From Phoronis australis (lineage: Eukaryota > Animalia > Phoronida), in contig NMRA01000094.1 of the NCBI GenBank assembly GCA_002633005.1, positions 24,208 to 88,207 on the forward strand: a DNA stretch of 64,000 nucleotides, given 5' to 3'. The notes under the pieces are model-generated. The model did not search any database, had not been told where the DNA came from, and worked only from the letters and a program-made list of their open reading frames with translations. Both the position numbers and the translations under genes were made by a program. This document shows, in pieces, positions 26,223 to 39,200 of the stretch (position 1 is the first letter of the stretch; each line of letters opens with the position of its first letter).

Positions 26223-26452
26223 GTGTGGTGTATTCACGCTGTCCTCTCAGCCCACCAGATCAGCCAGACCCTCCCTGTTGTGAGAAAACGTATGGCGTGG
26301 TGAATACCTACACCCCAGTAGACGGCTGTAAGCAGTTCTGGCAAACCGCTCCAGGATACGCACCAGGAAAACTGCCATGTCCATCAGGACTTCTGTTCAG
26401 CACAAGATCCTGTCAGTGTGAACAACCTGCTGATGTAAATTGTTCTGTATGA
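26223..26452 (+). CDS. Terminal exon of a small chitin-binding type-2 (peritrophin-A/CBM14)-like protein
   Basis: Acceptor TTCCCAG|GT. Translation ..GCKQFWQ..CPSGLLF..CQC..DVNC*. AATAAA at ~26482. Upstream exons not securely found. Confidence 0.75.
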
Positions 26453-26839
26453 CTGCCTGACACACAGGTGACAATATGTACAATAAAAAAATAAGAATAC
26501 TTGTGTGTTTGTTCACCTACAACATTGTATGCCTAAGAATGGTTATTGTTGCAACTTGTAAGGCAACGGAAGACTGACCCAATGAACCAACTCAGAAACA
26601 CCTCAATGTTTCTGTAACAAAAATCTTTAATTCCATAAGTATAAAACCTTAACAATGACATGAAATATCTTAAGGGACAAATATAAAACCCAAAAGCTAA
26701 CAATGTTGAGTTAAACCAAAATACTTCACTGAAGTCAAAGTAAAATTATAATGTGAAAGTATTGCACCAAGGGAGGCAAATAACACAAACAAATTATAAT
26801 GTGAAAGTATTGCACCAAGGGAGGCAAATAACACAAACA

Positions 26840-27294
26840 TTACCCACAACTAGTTCCCTGCTTCTCCTTTTTTCGTGCAGAGCGTGTTTGTGCAACATTA
26901 TCCGACCTTTCTTTCCTCACAAGATCCATTTTTGCATTTTTCTGTGGCACACGTAACCCTTTGCAAGTTTTCTTGTGTCTGATCATGTGATACTTTGTAC
27001 GGAACAGTTTGGTGCACTCCTGACATGGGAAGTGTTTTACCTCATCGTGAATCAGCAAATGTTTCTTGAAAGTGGCCAACTTAAAGAACTCTCGAGGGCA
27101 CTTAGGACATGAAAATGACAGCTCTTTAGTGTGAATATTTTCATGCTGCTTTGCATCAAATGCCCGACTGAACGTTTTTTCACAGAACTGACACTTCACT
27201 CGATTGCCACCAGAGTGTGTTAACTCATGAAACTGCATGTGGGCTTTCTGTCGGAACTTCCTGTGGCAAATGGAGCATTCAAACTTTCTCTCAT
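26840..27294 (-). CDS. PRDM4: PRDM4 last exon: zinc fingers 4-7
   Basis: Acceptor TTTCAG|ATGAG, three C2H2 fingers plus a terminal C2HC finger, stop at 26840. Confidence 0.92.
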
Positions 27295-30200
27295 CTGAAA
27301 TAAAGACTCAAAATACTGATCCCGGATAAATATCAGCATGCTAAAGTACTATCCATGTTATTTCTTATTTTGATCCTGTGTAAACACCATCGCGGTAAAA
27401 GTTATATTGATCCTGGGTACAATCCACATTATTTTACATTAAAACTGGATAAATACCAACATGGTAAAAATACAATCCATTTTATTTCATGGTAAAAGTA
27501 CTATGCACATTATTTTTACATTGAAACTGGATAAATACCAACATGGTAAAAGTACTATGCACATTATTTTTACATTGATCTGCGCAAATACCAGAGTGTG
27601 GTAAAAGTACCAACCATGTTATTTTGATAATTTTTGACATCTATCACCAAATGTTTCAATTAGACACCGTTTGAGAACTCTAATATAATTGTTGATATCA
27701 TAGTCTAAGTCTGTAAGTCAGACATGTTATAAGAACAGATGATTTCCCTTATTTTGGCACATTTCTCCACTATTGTCCACCTAAATTTGACAGTTCCCCT
27801 AGTTTTGATAAATTAATCAACGGTGTAGTAAACCTGGATCCCAACCTTAGCTATTGCTAGTAGCAACATTGTTGTAAGCCTGGATCCCAACCTTAGCTAT
27901 TGCTAGTAGCAACAATATAGTAAATCTGTATCACAACCTCAGCTATTGTTAGTATCAACGGTGTGGAAAGTCGGGAGCACAACCTTAACTATTGCTAGTA
28001 TCAACAGTGTTGTAAGTCTGGAACACAACCTTAACTATTACTAGTATCAACAGTGCAGTAAGTCTGGATCACATCCTTAACTATTGCTAGAAAGATGGAC
28101 TGAACAACTTATAAATAAAATAAATTAAATACTTTCACCTAAAACCAATGACATGGTTGATAAGATATTCTTGACACAGTAATGACAACCATGATTGATT
28201 TTTGAGGATTACTGACAAGAGACATGGGTGTAAACCTCAAAATCAAGTGAAAGTGGATTTCAAAATACCTTCAAGCATAATCTAAGGCCAACTATAAATA
28301 CATATTGCGCTTACCCGAATGCGTGAGTTTGTGGACGCGGAGGTTACTGGCATTATTGAAGGCCTTCAGACAAACAGTGCACTTGAATGGGCGCAGGCCC
28401 ATGTGAATAAACATGTGAGTCTCTAGCTTGGCTGAAGATGGGAATGGTCGACTACACAGAGTACACTTCCACTTGAAGGCGCTAGTGTCGGGATGCATGT
28501 GGCGGTAGTGCTTCTTTAGCGAGGCACTGTTTGGGTATGTTTTATTGCACACTCGACAGAGTGGACTCTCGTCTGCTTCACTGGCCACACCTAGCAAGTA
28601 TACAAAAGGCCTTATCAAGAACATCCTTCTCGTTGGAGTTAGACTGTTTCACGATTGATGAGTCACAAACCAATAAGTGAATATGATAAATACTGTCTTA
28701 AAGACTGTTACAACACAATCTAGTACAGAATGAATTTTAACACACACACACACAGCAATGAAACAATAAATGCGCAGTTTGAAACAATAAAATGGCCGAG
28801 GTCAGACATTTTCATTCAAGACCCACACCTAACACTGCTCTAAAGCTAAATACAGGAGACAAGGTGGATTTTCTACACGTAACTACATACCCAAGTGTTT
28901 AGCATAGTCTGGAGAGTACCAGTACAATAGCTCTGTGTGTTCCTCAACCTCCTTACAGGTAATGAAGTAGATGTTGTTCCCATGTTGGTAGGCAATCACG
29001 TTCTGTTCGTTATTAGAACGCGCTCGTTTCATGAACCTCAACCAATTAGAATCATTCTCTTCTAGACAATTAATAGTATGGCTGCAAAAACCTTTCGCAT
29101 CAAAAAGCTGGAAGAGCGAACAACATAATATCAATATTAAAAGTTCAGTTAACAGAAAGATAAATAATTGTAAGCAATCTTGTACACATTATATCAGGTG
29201 TGCACACGTTGCTCAGGTGGCCCCATTGCACTGATCACCTGGAACCATTTTGTGCTTTACTAATATAACAATAAAACTGAGTTGAGGAGCTAGCGACCTG
29301 ACTCAACGGTCTACAGTGTGCCCCAGATGGACTTGAACCAGACACCTATCTCATTAGGCCACACTGCTTCCTCACACAGCAATATTAACAAGAGCAATAT
29401 TAATGAAAGCAATGTCAATGAAAATAAGCAAGAGCAATATTATCAAGAGCAATACAGAACATTGATATACACCCACTGTACTCATCACAAACTGCAAAGA
29501 TTTTAGGGGTTCTCATTTTTTTCAAACATTTTCACAGTTGTCAGATTCATTCAAAAGTCAACTTCCGTTCTGCTCTCCTCATTACAAACACATAATTTTG
29601 ACAATTTTTATGAAGATTTAGCAAATATATATCAATGGGGAGGCACAGGCAATTTGACACTAGAGAACGCACACTAAACATATCCGTCCAAAAATCCTCA
29701 CCAGTTGTGCTATCTTCAAAAGACAAACACCCCACAAATTTCATCAAAGAACTTGGTGGATATTAAAGCAGGCATATCAAAACAAAACACCAGTACAGGA
29801 GCCACATTTAGTAGGATCAGTCCAAAATTCAATGACAATCATGCTTCCCTAAATAGAATTGAATGTGCCAAGTTTCATAAAGAACCATCAAAGAACTTTG
29901 CATATATTGTGGCAGACATAAAGAAAAATAAAATTACCACTAGAGGGTAAGGCATAGTATATCTCACTGAAAATTAATATGGCCTAGCTTGCTTCAAGAA
30001 GAATACACCTGTCAACTTTGATCATGATTCTTTAAGTGATTTGGTGGATAAGGACATGCATATAAAAAATCAATGAAAAAGTTGCCAGGAGGCACAAAAT
30101 AGGTTACAAGGCTGCCAACCCATAAAGGGCATAATCGGTAACCTTCATGTTAAAAATCCGTATTTTGCAAGTGAAAATTGTATGATTTCCAACATTTTCA

Positions 30201-33200
30201 GAAAGTCTTAATTTCAATCGTAAGATGTATCGATACACACCAAAACAACAATAATTTTCAATTTCAAATAGTGTTGAACTGGAAAAAGCAACATTACATA
30301 ATAACTCAGCTTGTCACATCAATATTTTACGGGTTTTGTTGTCAGCATGGCTGATTTCTTCCCACACTACCACGACTCCGCAAATATCTCATAACTCCTG
30401 ATCCATAACAGTGTTGAAGGCGTCAGGGTTGTCAGAGATGAAGACAGAGTGATTAAACACTGTTAACTACATTGAATTCCCAATTTCTAAATGTAAATGG
30501 TACTAGCCGTTACCCGTACTTTTGCACAGGTTGCAGCTACTGGGAAATGCAGAGGGGAAATAGCTACAGCTCCAAGTGAATATTAGTGTTCATCGCAAGA
30601 AACAGGAATACTTATTGAAGAGACCGTGTTATCTTAAATCTTCAATAAGAGTTTCTGTCACAGTCAGATTTAGGCAGGGTGTGCCACTGCGGGATTTTTT
30701 TCCCTCGGCAGAACAAATTTCTTTCCAGAATATTTGACCCTGCCGTAACACAAAGTACGGTAGTCAGCTTTTCTTTAAAGTGAAATCTAAGAATTTCAAG
30801 CATTTGAAAATAATGTATTGTACATAAAGTATATAATGTATTTACAAGTCACATCATAAATGTTTATACTAAGGTAGAAAGCCAGCTAGCTGTATGAAGA
30901 CTATCGTTGACTTACAACTAGGTAGCCGTGTTTTGAGCTCTGTTAGACACCAAATTTTCACACAACCCGAGTAGCTCATCTCATCACCTCATTGTGAAAC
31001 TTATATCAATATGTAGAGCTAACGACCGAAGGGGTGCATGCAGAATCCGGAAATCAATCGGCACTCATCTTGCCCATTACATCTGTTTAAGTGAAAAAAA
31101 CAATCTAATGAACATAATTCTGGTGCAATTCTACGCCTTTTGTAACAAAGAAAGTCTGTCAGTCTTTTGAAAACAGTGCATACTTGTGACATGCGCACAT
31201 GCCATTTCCTAAAATTTTGCATTATCTCTAGGTAGTTTGTTCTGAAATTGGTTTTGCTGGTATTAAAATACAAAAAACTTGTAATGAAATGAAACCAGTT
31301 ATGATTTCTTTGACATGTACGCAACCTCATGGAAGAGAAAAACAGTTGATTGAAGAATCAGTGAAATTGGCCAATTGGTAACGCAATGGCGCCAAAACCC
31401 GAGCCAAAAGGGGCCACCACAATTTCAGCAGCAAAATAATGTCTGGTAGAATGCCAATTTTCCAACATCGGCAAATAATTATTATAAGTTTACTTAAGGA
31501 AAATTTTAGTTTTTAATGACATCATTAATTTTGGCGGCGACAGGCCTGAATAAGTATATACGCGACGGAAGCCGGAGGGAGTGAAATTAAGCCGACGGAT
31601 TGACATCATCCAAGCCGTTAAGCCGACGGACTGACGTCACCAAGGCCAGTATGACATGAACCACCTCCCTCCATGTCCGCAAAAAAATGGTCTGCGAGAA
31701 AAAAATAAAAAACCTTGAATCTAAATAGAGGGCCAGTGCACTACCTGGGACCAAGGTGGGGACCAAGGTGGGGACCAAGGTGGTGCCAAAAGGGGCACAG
31801 CAAAGGTCTGTGCTAGAGTGGGCCAGACGGAGTTTGTGTGAAAGGTACATTTTATATAATATATACTTGTCGCCAAAATTTCATTCTTGACATCTTAACA
31901 GGATTCCCAAAACATAACGCAAAACCAAGTGAGCGCACTTTTCATTGGACAGTCCTTCACAAAAATGCAACTGACCAACCATAAAAGGGAAGCTTCGTTT
32001 GCAAATTGCATTCTACACTCAGAAGACATCTTATAGGTCGGATCTTGCATTCTCGACAATTTCCGTCACTTTCTAGTACTTTGTGCCTTGATCTTCGCCG
32101 ATCTATCGCTTTGAAATGCTGATAAGTTTAAATATACTTTAACTTTCATCTGATTTTTTGAAGAGAAATATATGTTTAAAATCTGTAACATTTGAAAATC
32201 CATATGCAGTGATTTTTAGGTCCTGAAAGTACGTAGAATATTGATAAATCCGTAACGTTGGCGGCCCTGAGGTTGAATCCATCGTTGACAGGACAGGTGC
32301 CATTGTCTCCTTCACGTAAACTCCTTTGATAAATTACACAAAGATTCATATCCAGGAAAACCTCAACATAAAGATGATAAAGATTCATCAAGGAACTTGG
32401 AAGATGTAGAGATAGAGAAAAATAGTTTCTACAAGGAGGTGCCACAGTTGGTAGACTCCCCGAAAATGAATGTGAGCCATCCTCCCATCAGGAGGAACAC
32501 ATGCTCCAAATTTTATGAAGATTCATCCAAGAATTTGATAATTAAATCAAATACATGCTGTGCAGTTACAGAGGGATAAAAACAAATTTCCTAAAAGCAA
32601 TACAAAGCATTGAAATGCTTCTAGGTGTGTTCATTAGTTTCAACAAGAGCAATACAAAGCATTGAAATGCTTCTAGGTGTGTTCATTAGTTTCAACAAGA
32701 GCAATACAAAGCATTGAAATGCTTCTAGGTGTGTTCATTAGTTTCAACAAGAGCAACGCAGAGCGTTGAAATGCGCCCACAATTGCACCGTATACGGTAT
32801 CCTTCTAGTGTTGTTTATTGGTACCATAAAGTGGCCAGTAGAGGGCATATATGTAGTATGTTGTACTGTGCAAAATGGAAAGGGATGGTCATTGTCTCCT
32901 CAATAGGCTAGGGGCAAAATGTGAGTGATCTTCATAATACAAGCACATCCTATACATCAGTTGCTTAAAGCACCACAGAAACATAGAATTAAAAACAAAT
33001 TTACCAACATACGAGGTTAGCACAGCATTAGAATGCCAGAAACAAATTTCTACTTGGAACTTTTCCTTCATAGTCACGAAGAAACACAAAGTATACACCT
33101 GAAGACCTATGAAAATACAGAGGTCAATGTAAAATACTAAAATTGCCACTAGAGGCATACGGGTAGTCAGAATCATCCTAAAGTCGTCATCGTCCGTTGT

Positions 33201-36200
33201 CAACATCACATAAATACACTTGCTAAATTTAGTAAAGATCCTGCAAACGGTTTGGGAGATACAGCCATGGGCGCAAAAAAAACTGCCACTATGAGACACA
33301 GTGGAGCTCTTCGAAAGAAGTTGTTATCTCTTGTCATGTTGATAGGAAACTTGCAAATTTCACAAATATCCAGAAAAAGCTTTATAGGAGATACAGATAA
33401 AGTTGGACCTGGAGAGTTCTAGCAGACCTCCTCCATAACCACTGTGACTAGTCACTGATAAGTGACCTGATGCATGTCCAACATGCTATTAACATATCTC
33501 ACCTTCCACAAGTAGGGATGTGACCTGATGCATGTCCAACATGCTATTAACATATCTCACCTTCCACAAGTAGGGAAGTGACCTGATGCATGTCCAACAT
33601 GCTATTAACATATCTCACCTTCCACAAGTAGGGAAGTGACCTGATACATGTCCAACATGCTATTAACATATCTCACCTTCCACAAGTAGGGAAGTGACCT
33701 GATGCATGTCCAACATGCTATTAACATATCTCACCTTCCACAAGTAGGGAAGTGACCTGATGCATGTCCAACATGCTATTAACATATCTCACCTTCCATT
33801 AGTAGGGAAGTGACCTGATGCATGTCCAACATGCTATTAACATATCTCACCTTCCACAAGTAGGGATGTAAATGAAATGGTCTTGAATGTACTTTTTGAG
33901 TCTTGCCTTTGAGCATTGAAAACAGTGTGTTACATGGCAATTTGACCTTAGTCCAGACACCTGAAAAGAAATGAAACTTACCAACAGTTTTATGTCCACT
34001 TAAATGGCAACTCATATTTACAGACCTTTGCTGCAAAAAATACCACTAGGGGTTGCAGCTGAATGCGTATGGAAATTGGTAATTGCCACCCAATCCTTGC
34101 AAGCCTGACAACTTTGACAAGATTCATGTGTGAATCATATTTCACAACTGTAGGCCTGCTAGTTGAAACCAAATTTCCTGAATATGTGTCAAAGAGCGTG
34201 TTTTTAAACGAGCACGGCATAAAGAAAACTTCAATTGACAAAATGTAGCACTCAGACCTGTCTGTAATGTTACATTGACATCATGTGACACTCAGACCTG
34301 TCTGTAATGTTACATTGACATCATGTGACACTTAGACCTGTCTGTAATATTACATTGACACAATGTGACACTCAGACCTGCCTGTAATATCACAATGACA
34401 TAATATGACACTCACACCTGTCTATAACGTTACTTCAAATGTAGTCTCATTGAATGACACATAACGCAGCTTTCTAAAATTACTCCTTTCAACCATGTAA
34501 GGTTCAACAAAGTTCCCATGGAGCATGCTTGGCACGCATGAGAACAATAACATGGATTAGTTTACAATTTTTAGTCTATGAAAGACCATCAAAACAATAA
34601 TATCACCTGCCAATTGAAGTGTTGTAGGACTTTTCCTATACTGAACAAGCTAAGAGGTTCTTTTGGAATGTTAAATCCATTAAGAAAAATTGACATTTAA
34701 AGACAGCCAGTTGGGGAGAAATATTTGTGCTTTAAGTACACGCGACATATTTTTAGTCAAGCTAAATGTTTCAAAAAAGTCAGACAGATCAATGTTACAT
34801 GTTTCATGCTTACCACAGTCCTCCTGAAGCAGATTGGATGGCTTGAGGGTCAATAATGGAGGCAGGCTGGCACGAGCTTTGGACACGACAGGACTATCAG
34901 CCACCATGGTGTAGGTAATGCGGTGGAGGTCACATGGTTTGTCTTGGCTCTTCATACAGTGCAGACAGACTGAAACAAAATGTATCTCACTGACTTGAAC
35001 AAGACTTAAATGTAAAGTACAACAGTCTCAACAAAAGATACTTTTTGAATGGAACCAAACAAGACAGAGAGCAGTGACTGTGGATGAGCGGCAGAGAGCA
35101 GTGACTGTGGATGAGCGACAGAGAGCAGTGACTGTGGATGAGCGGCAGAGAGCAGTGACTGTGGATGAGCGGCAGAGAGCAGTGACTGTGGATGAGCGGC
35201 AGAGAGCAGTGACTGTGGATGAGCGGCAGAGAGCAGTGACTGTGGATGAGCGGCGTTTGGCGTTTTCCAAAAATTACTCTTAGATACTGATTAATACTTA
35301 ATTTTTGAATACCCATATCAGTATGTGACTCTTCTTCACTATTATACTTAATTTTTGAATACCCATATCAGTATGTGACTCTTCTTCACTATTATACTTA
35401 ATTTTTGAATACCCATATCAGTATGTGACTCTTCTTCACTATTATAGGAAAAGAACCAGTATTACAACTTTAATGAACTTACAACATCCCATCTCTGAGA
35501 GTGGCACTTCTTCAGGTTGTGCACCATTACACAAATCTGCTGACTGTTGAACTGATGGTCGACCATCTGCACTCATTAAAAGCTCCAACACTGTAAAAAC
35601 AAGATCCTTCACAAACTCTAGTGCAGCAAATCTGATGAATAGGGGTGCGCATAAGAATTGATCAAGGCCAATGAAAACTTGTCACAAGTAAGTCTTTAAC
35701 ATTGCATTTATGGTAATAAGTGTGCTTGGAGATTTCATCTTCTCAAAAATACATTTGGTAGTGTGCTTGGAGATTTTACCATCTTAAAATGCGTGTGACA
35801 AAAAAGGTTTACATATGTTTTGTTGTATCGCATTTCAAAAAAATGAAATTATAGAATTGCTTGCAAATTGCACTCACATATTTCACTGAATGGAAAATTC
35901 CACAGTAAAATGATCATAGGAAATGAAAACAAATTTTTGAAAAACTACTTTTTGAAACTGGTTCTGCATTGGCAAGACATAATTTTTATGGTTAAATGAA
36001 AAAATCCAATAGCAGTAGTTTTCAACATCACAAAATGACATTTATTGTGCAAAAATGCAAAATAACCACAACAGCGGGGACACTAAAACTTTTCAATCAA
36101 TTTCTAACCAGCAGTTGGAACATTAAAAGAATACCAAACCTGGTTTTAGCCTATTAAAAGATGTTAAAACAACGTTCCTATCCAATTCTCTAAAACAAAG

Positions 36201-39200
36201 TAACGCTCTGTAACCCTCGACAACCCTCAAAGGTTTGGAGGAAAACTTGAAAACTAATTTCAAAGTCTGCCAAACAGACAAGCGTGACCTACGCTTTTAA
36301 TGAATTACATTGCAACTGTGGGGAAAGACTGCCCCCTAAGAACCAAAATATCCAATCTGTGACATTATGAGTATGAGTCTACTTGATTCCTGATTTTTTT
36401 TTCAAAATTGATGCCAATGCTGGCATCAGCAGGTAACAGAGCAACGATTGTTTTAAATCATCACGACAGGGTTTAGTATCCCTTTAAGTAGTGTGCCATG
36501 TATAGCCATAGTGATTAGATTGTTTCTGAAAGTATTTTATCGCAGTGATTTTAGCCATGTCCTCTCCGTTACAAAGAGGAGGAAAAGTATATCCATTTAG
36601 TTAATGATCCATGATGTTCTGTAAACTATTTCTTGTTCATGGCCCATTTTTCACTTGTCCTGTAAGAATTTAAGAATCAATAGCAACAGTTTGAATTAGC
36701 ATTCACTAACAACACTCTCTTTATGACACAAGTAACCATGCCTACATACTTACAGGTCCCCTGATCCAGTAATCCACTCCCTTGATTTGGTAAGCCTGTC
36801 AGTCTTGAATCCGCAACCTGCCCTCCAGAGGGCACTTCTGCTACATGGGTTACAGTTGCAGCATTAGTGCCATCAAGGACTGCACCAGAGGATGGTGACA
36901 ATGTGTCAACAGCAGGTGTCTCTGTACCACTGACAGGAAGTACTCTAAGCTGTCCCGCATTCACTGACTCAACAGGTTTACCATTGGTGTTTTGACTTGC
37001 CATAGCTGAAGGTTTTGCTATCACTGAAGCAGTGACATTGGTTACATTTACTGGAGCCAGTTGCTGGATGGCTGGTTGAACAATGACTTGTGTTCCGTTT
37101 GGCTGGATGTAGGCTTGTTGTAAGTGAGGCTGGTTGCACAGTGTAGAAAATCCAGATGGAGGAAGTAGTTGAGTGCGCCCTGGTGGCAGTGCCTGCAGAC
37201 CAGATGGCAAGGCCTGGACATTGATGGGCACAGCCTGAATGGTCTTTGCCATGGGGTGAGGGGCATAGGTTGGGGGCAGGGGTAGAGCGGGTGGAAGATT
37301 CTGCACAGGGGTGTGGGGCATGAATACAGTTTGGCGACTGGCCTGTGAGGTCACAATGATGGTTGGTTGAGAATGGGATGTTGTAAACATGCCAGGTGTC
37401 GCCACAGTGATGCTGAGAGGGGCTACAAAGGAAACATTATATCAGATAACAGGTGATGCTCTGCCAATTATTTCTCTACAAATGTTCAACCATCATATCA
37501 GATCAGAAGAAAACTCAAATTTTTGACGCAACACTGAAGCTAGCTTGCAATGCTGTGGCAAAAATATGAAACGACAATACAGAAATAGACTGGACATGTG
37601 GCAGACATGGCACTACCTCGAGGATGGTGTCAAACAAATGATCCTGCTATGTTACTGATAATTGACATATTGCAAGCTCCGCCCCTTGTGAAAAGTCGAC
37701 AAACAAACATTAAGTTTTACCTGACGATGTGTTGTTTGTCGGGTAAAATGGCGGCTTGGAAATGAAGGTGTGACAAGAATGCTGCATTTTGATTAGTCAG
37801 TTAAGCTGTCACTCAAAATCCTGGAGATAGGTCAATTGCCTTACCATGGCCCAATATGGCCATTTCAGCTGAGAAACTCATTGGATTCCAATTGAAGCCT
37901 TTATATCATAAAGAAATTAGTTAAATAAAGAGAAATGTGATCATAAAAACACAGCACTCTGGTCAAGAACACAATTGTCTATTTGTATGTAACACATCGC
38001 AACTCTTGATATATCAGTTGTCAAACAATGAAGGCAGGTAACATACAAGCCAACATGGTCTCATACACTGCTTGACATAAAAAGCAATGACTGAGAGTTA
38101 GTTTAAGAAGTTTTTACTAATTTTCAAAACACTCTTTCTAGATAATAATAAACTTGCAGTCCGTTTGGTTTGTAATGCAACATTTCCACTCACTGCTTAT
38201 GGTGTGAAGCCTGGTTTGTCCTACTGGCTGGAGAGTGGTTTGAATCACTGGAGTTGAGCCTGGCATGAGGAAAGACATAGGTGTGGCACTGGGACCCGAA
38301 GGTGCTACCAGAGAGGTCACAGGGGTCACAGGGGTCACAGAGTGAGTGAGACGACATGAGGCACTGCTCATTATACAAGAAGCTGAAATGACATAGTGCA
38401 TAAATAAAACTTTAAATGTTGATCAACAGTATGAGCTTGAGGCATCTCAACCATATGTATGGCCCCTTCCTCACCATATGTATGACCCCTTCCTCACCAT
38501 ATGTGTGGCCCCNNNNNNNNNNNNNNNNNNNNNNNNNNNNNNNNNNATGGCCCCCTCGTCACCATATGTATGACCCCCTCCTCACCATATGTGACCCCTT
38601 CCTCACCATATGAGTGACCCCTTCCTCACCATATGTATGGCCCCTTCCTCACCATATGTATGGCCCCTCCTCACCATATGTATGGCCTCTTCCTTACCAT
38701 ATGTATGGCCCCCTCCTCAGCTTATGGGTGTCCTCTTTTTCAGCCAAGAGATCTTATCTCATGGATTATCCCTTGCTCACCTAATAGTCTCAGCTAATGG
38801 ACGACCCTTACTTCAGCAAAGAGATCTCAGATTATGGATGGCCACTACCTCAGCAAAGAGATCCCAGCTTATAGATGGTCCCAACCTCAGCAAAGAGATC
38901 TCAGTGCCCATGCACAAAACTTACAATATGTCATTTTTAAACACTTATGCTCGACTTACTGCCTGCTTCCAATTTAAATACAATTGAGACTTTCTTGAAA
39001 CACCAGTGTCTTTGTCAACACTAGTCTCTTGTAACCTGAACAACATGGTTATCTTTCACAACAATCAGTCAACACTAGTCTCCTCAAACCTAAACAACAT
39101 GGTTATCTATCATAACAATCAGTCAACACTAGTTTCCTCAAACCTAAACAACATGGTTATCTATCATAACAATCAGTCAACACTACTCTCCTTAAACCTA

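Noticed and set aside
34987-35316. Repetitive ORFs on both strands
   Set aside because: Produced by a 27-bp intronic minisatellite with no stops.
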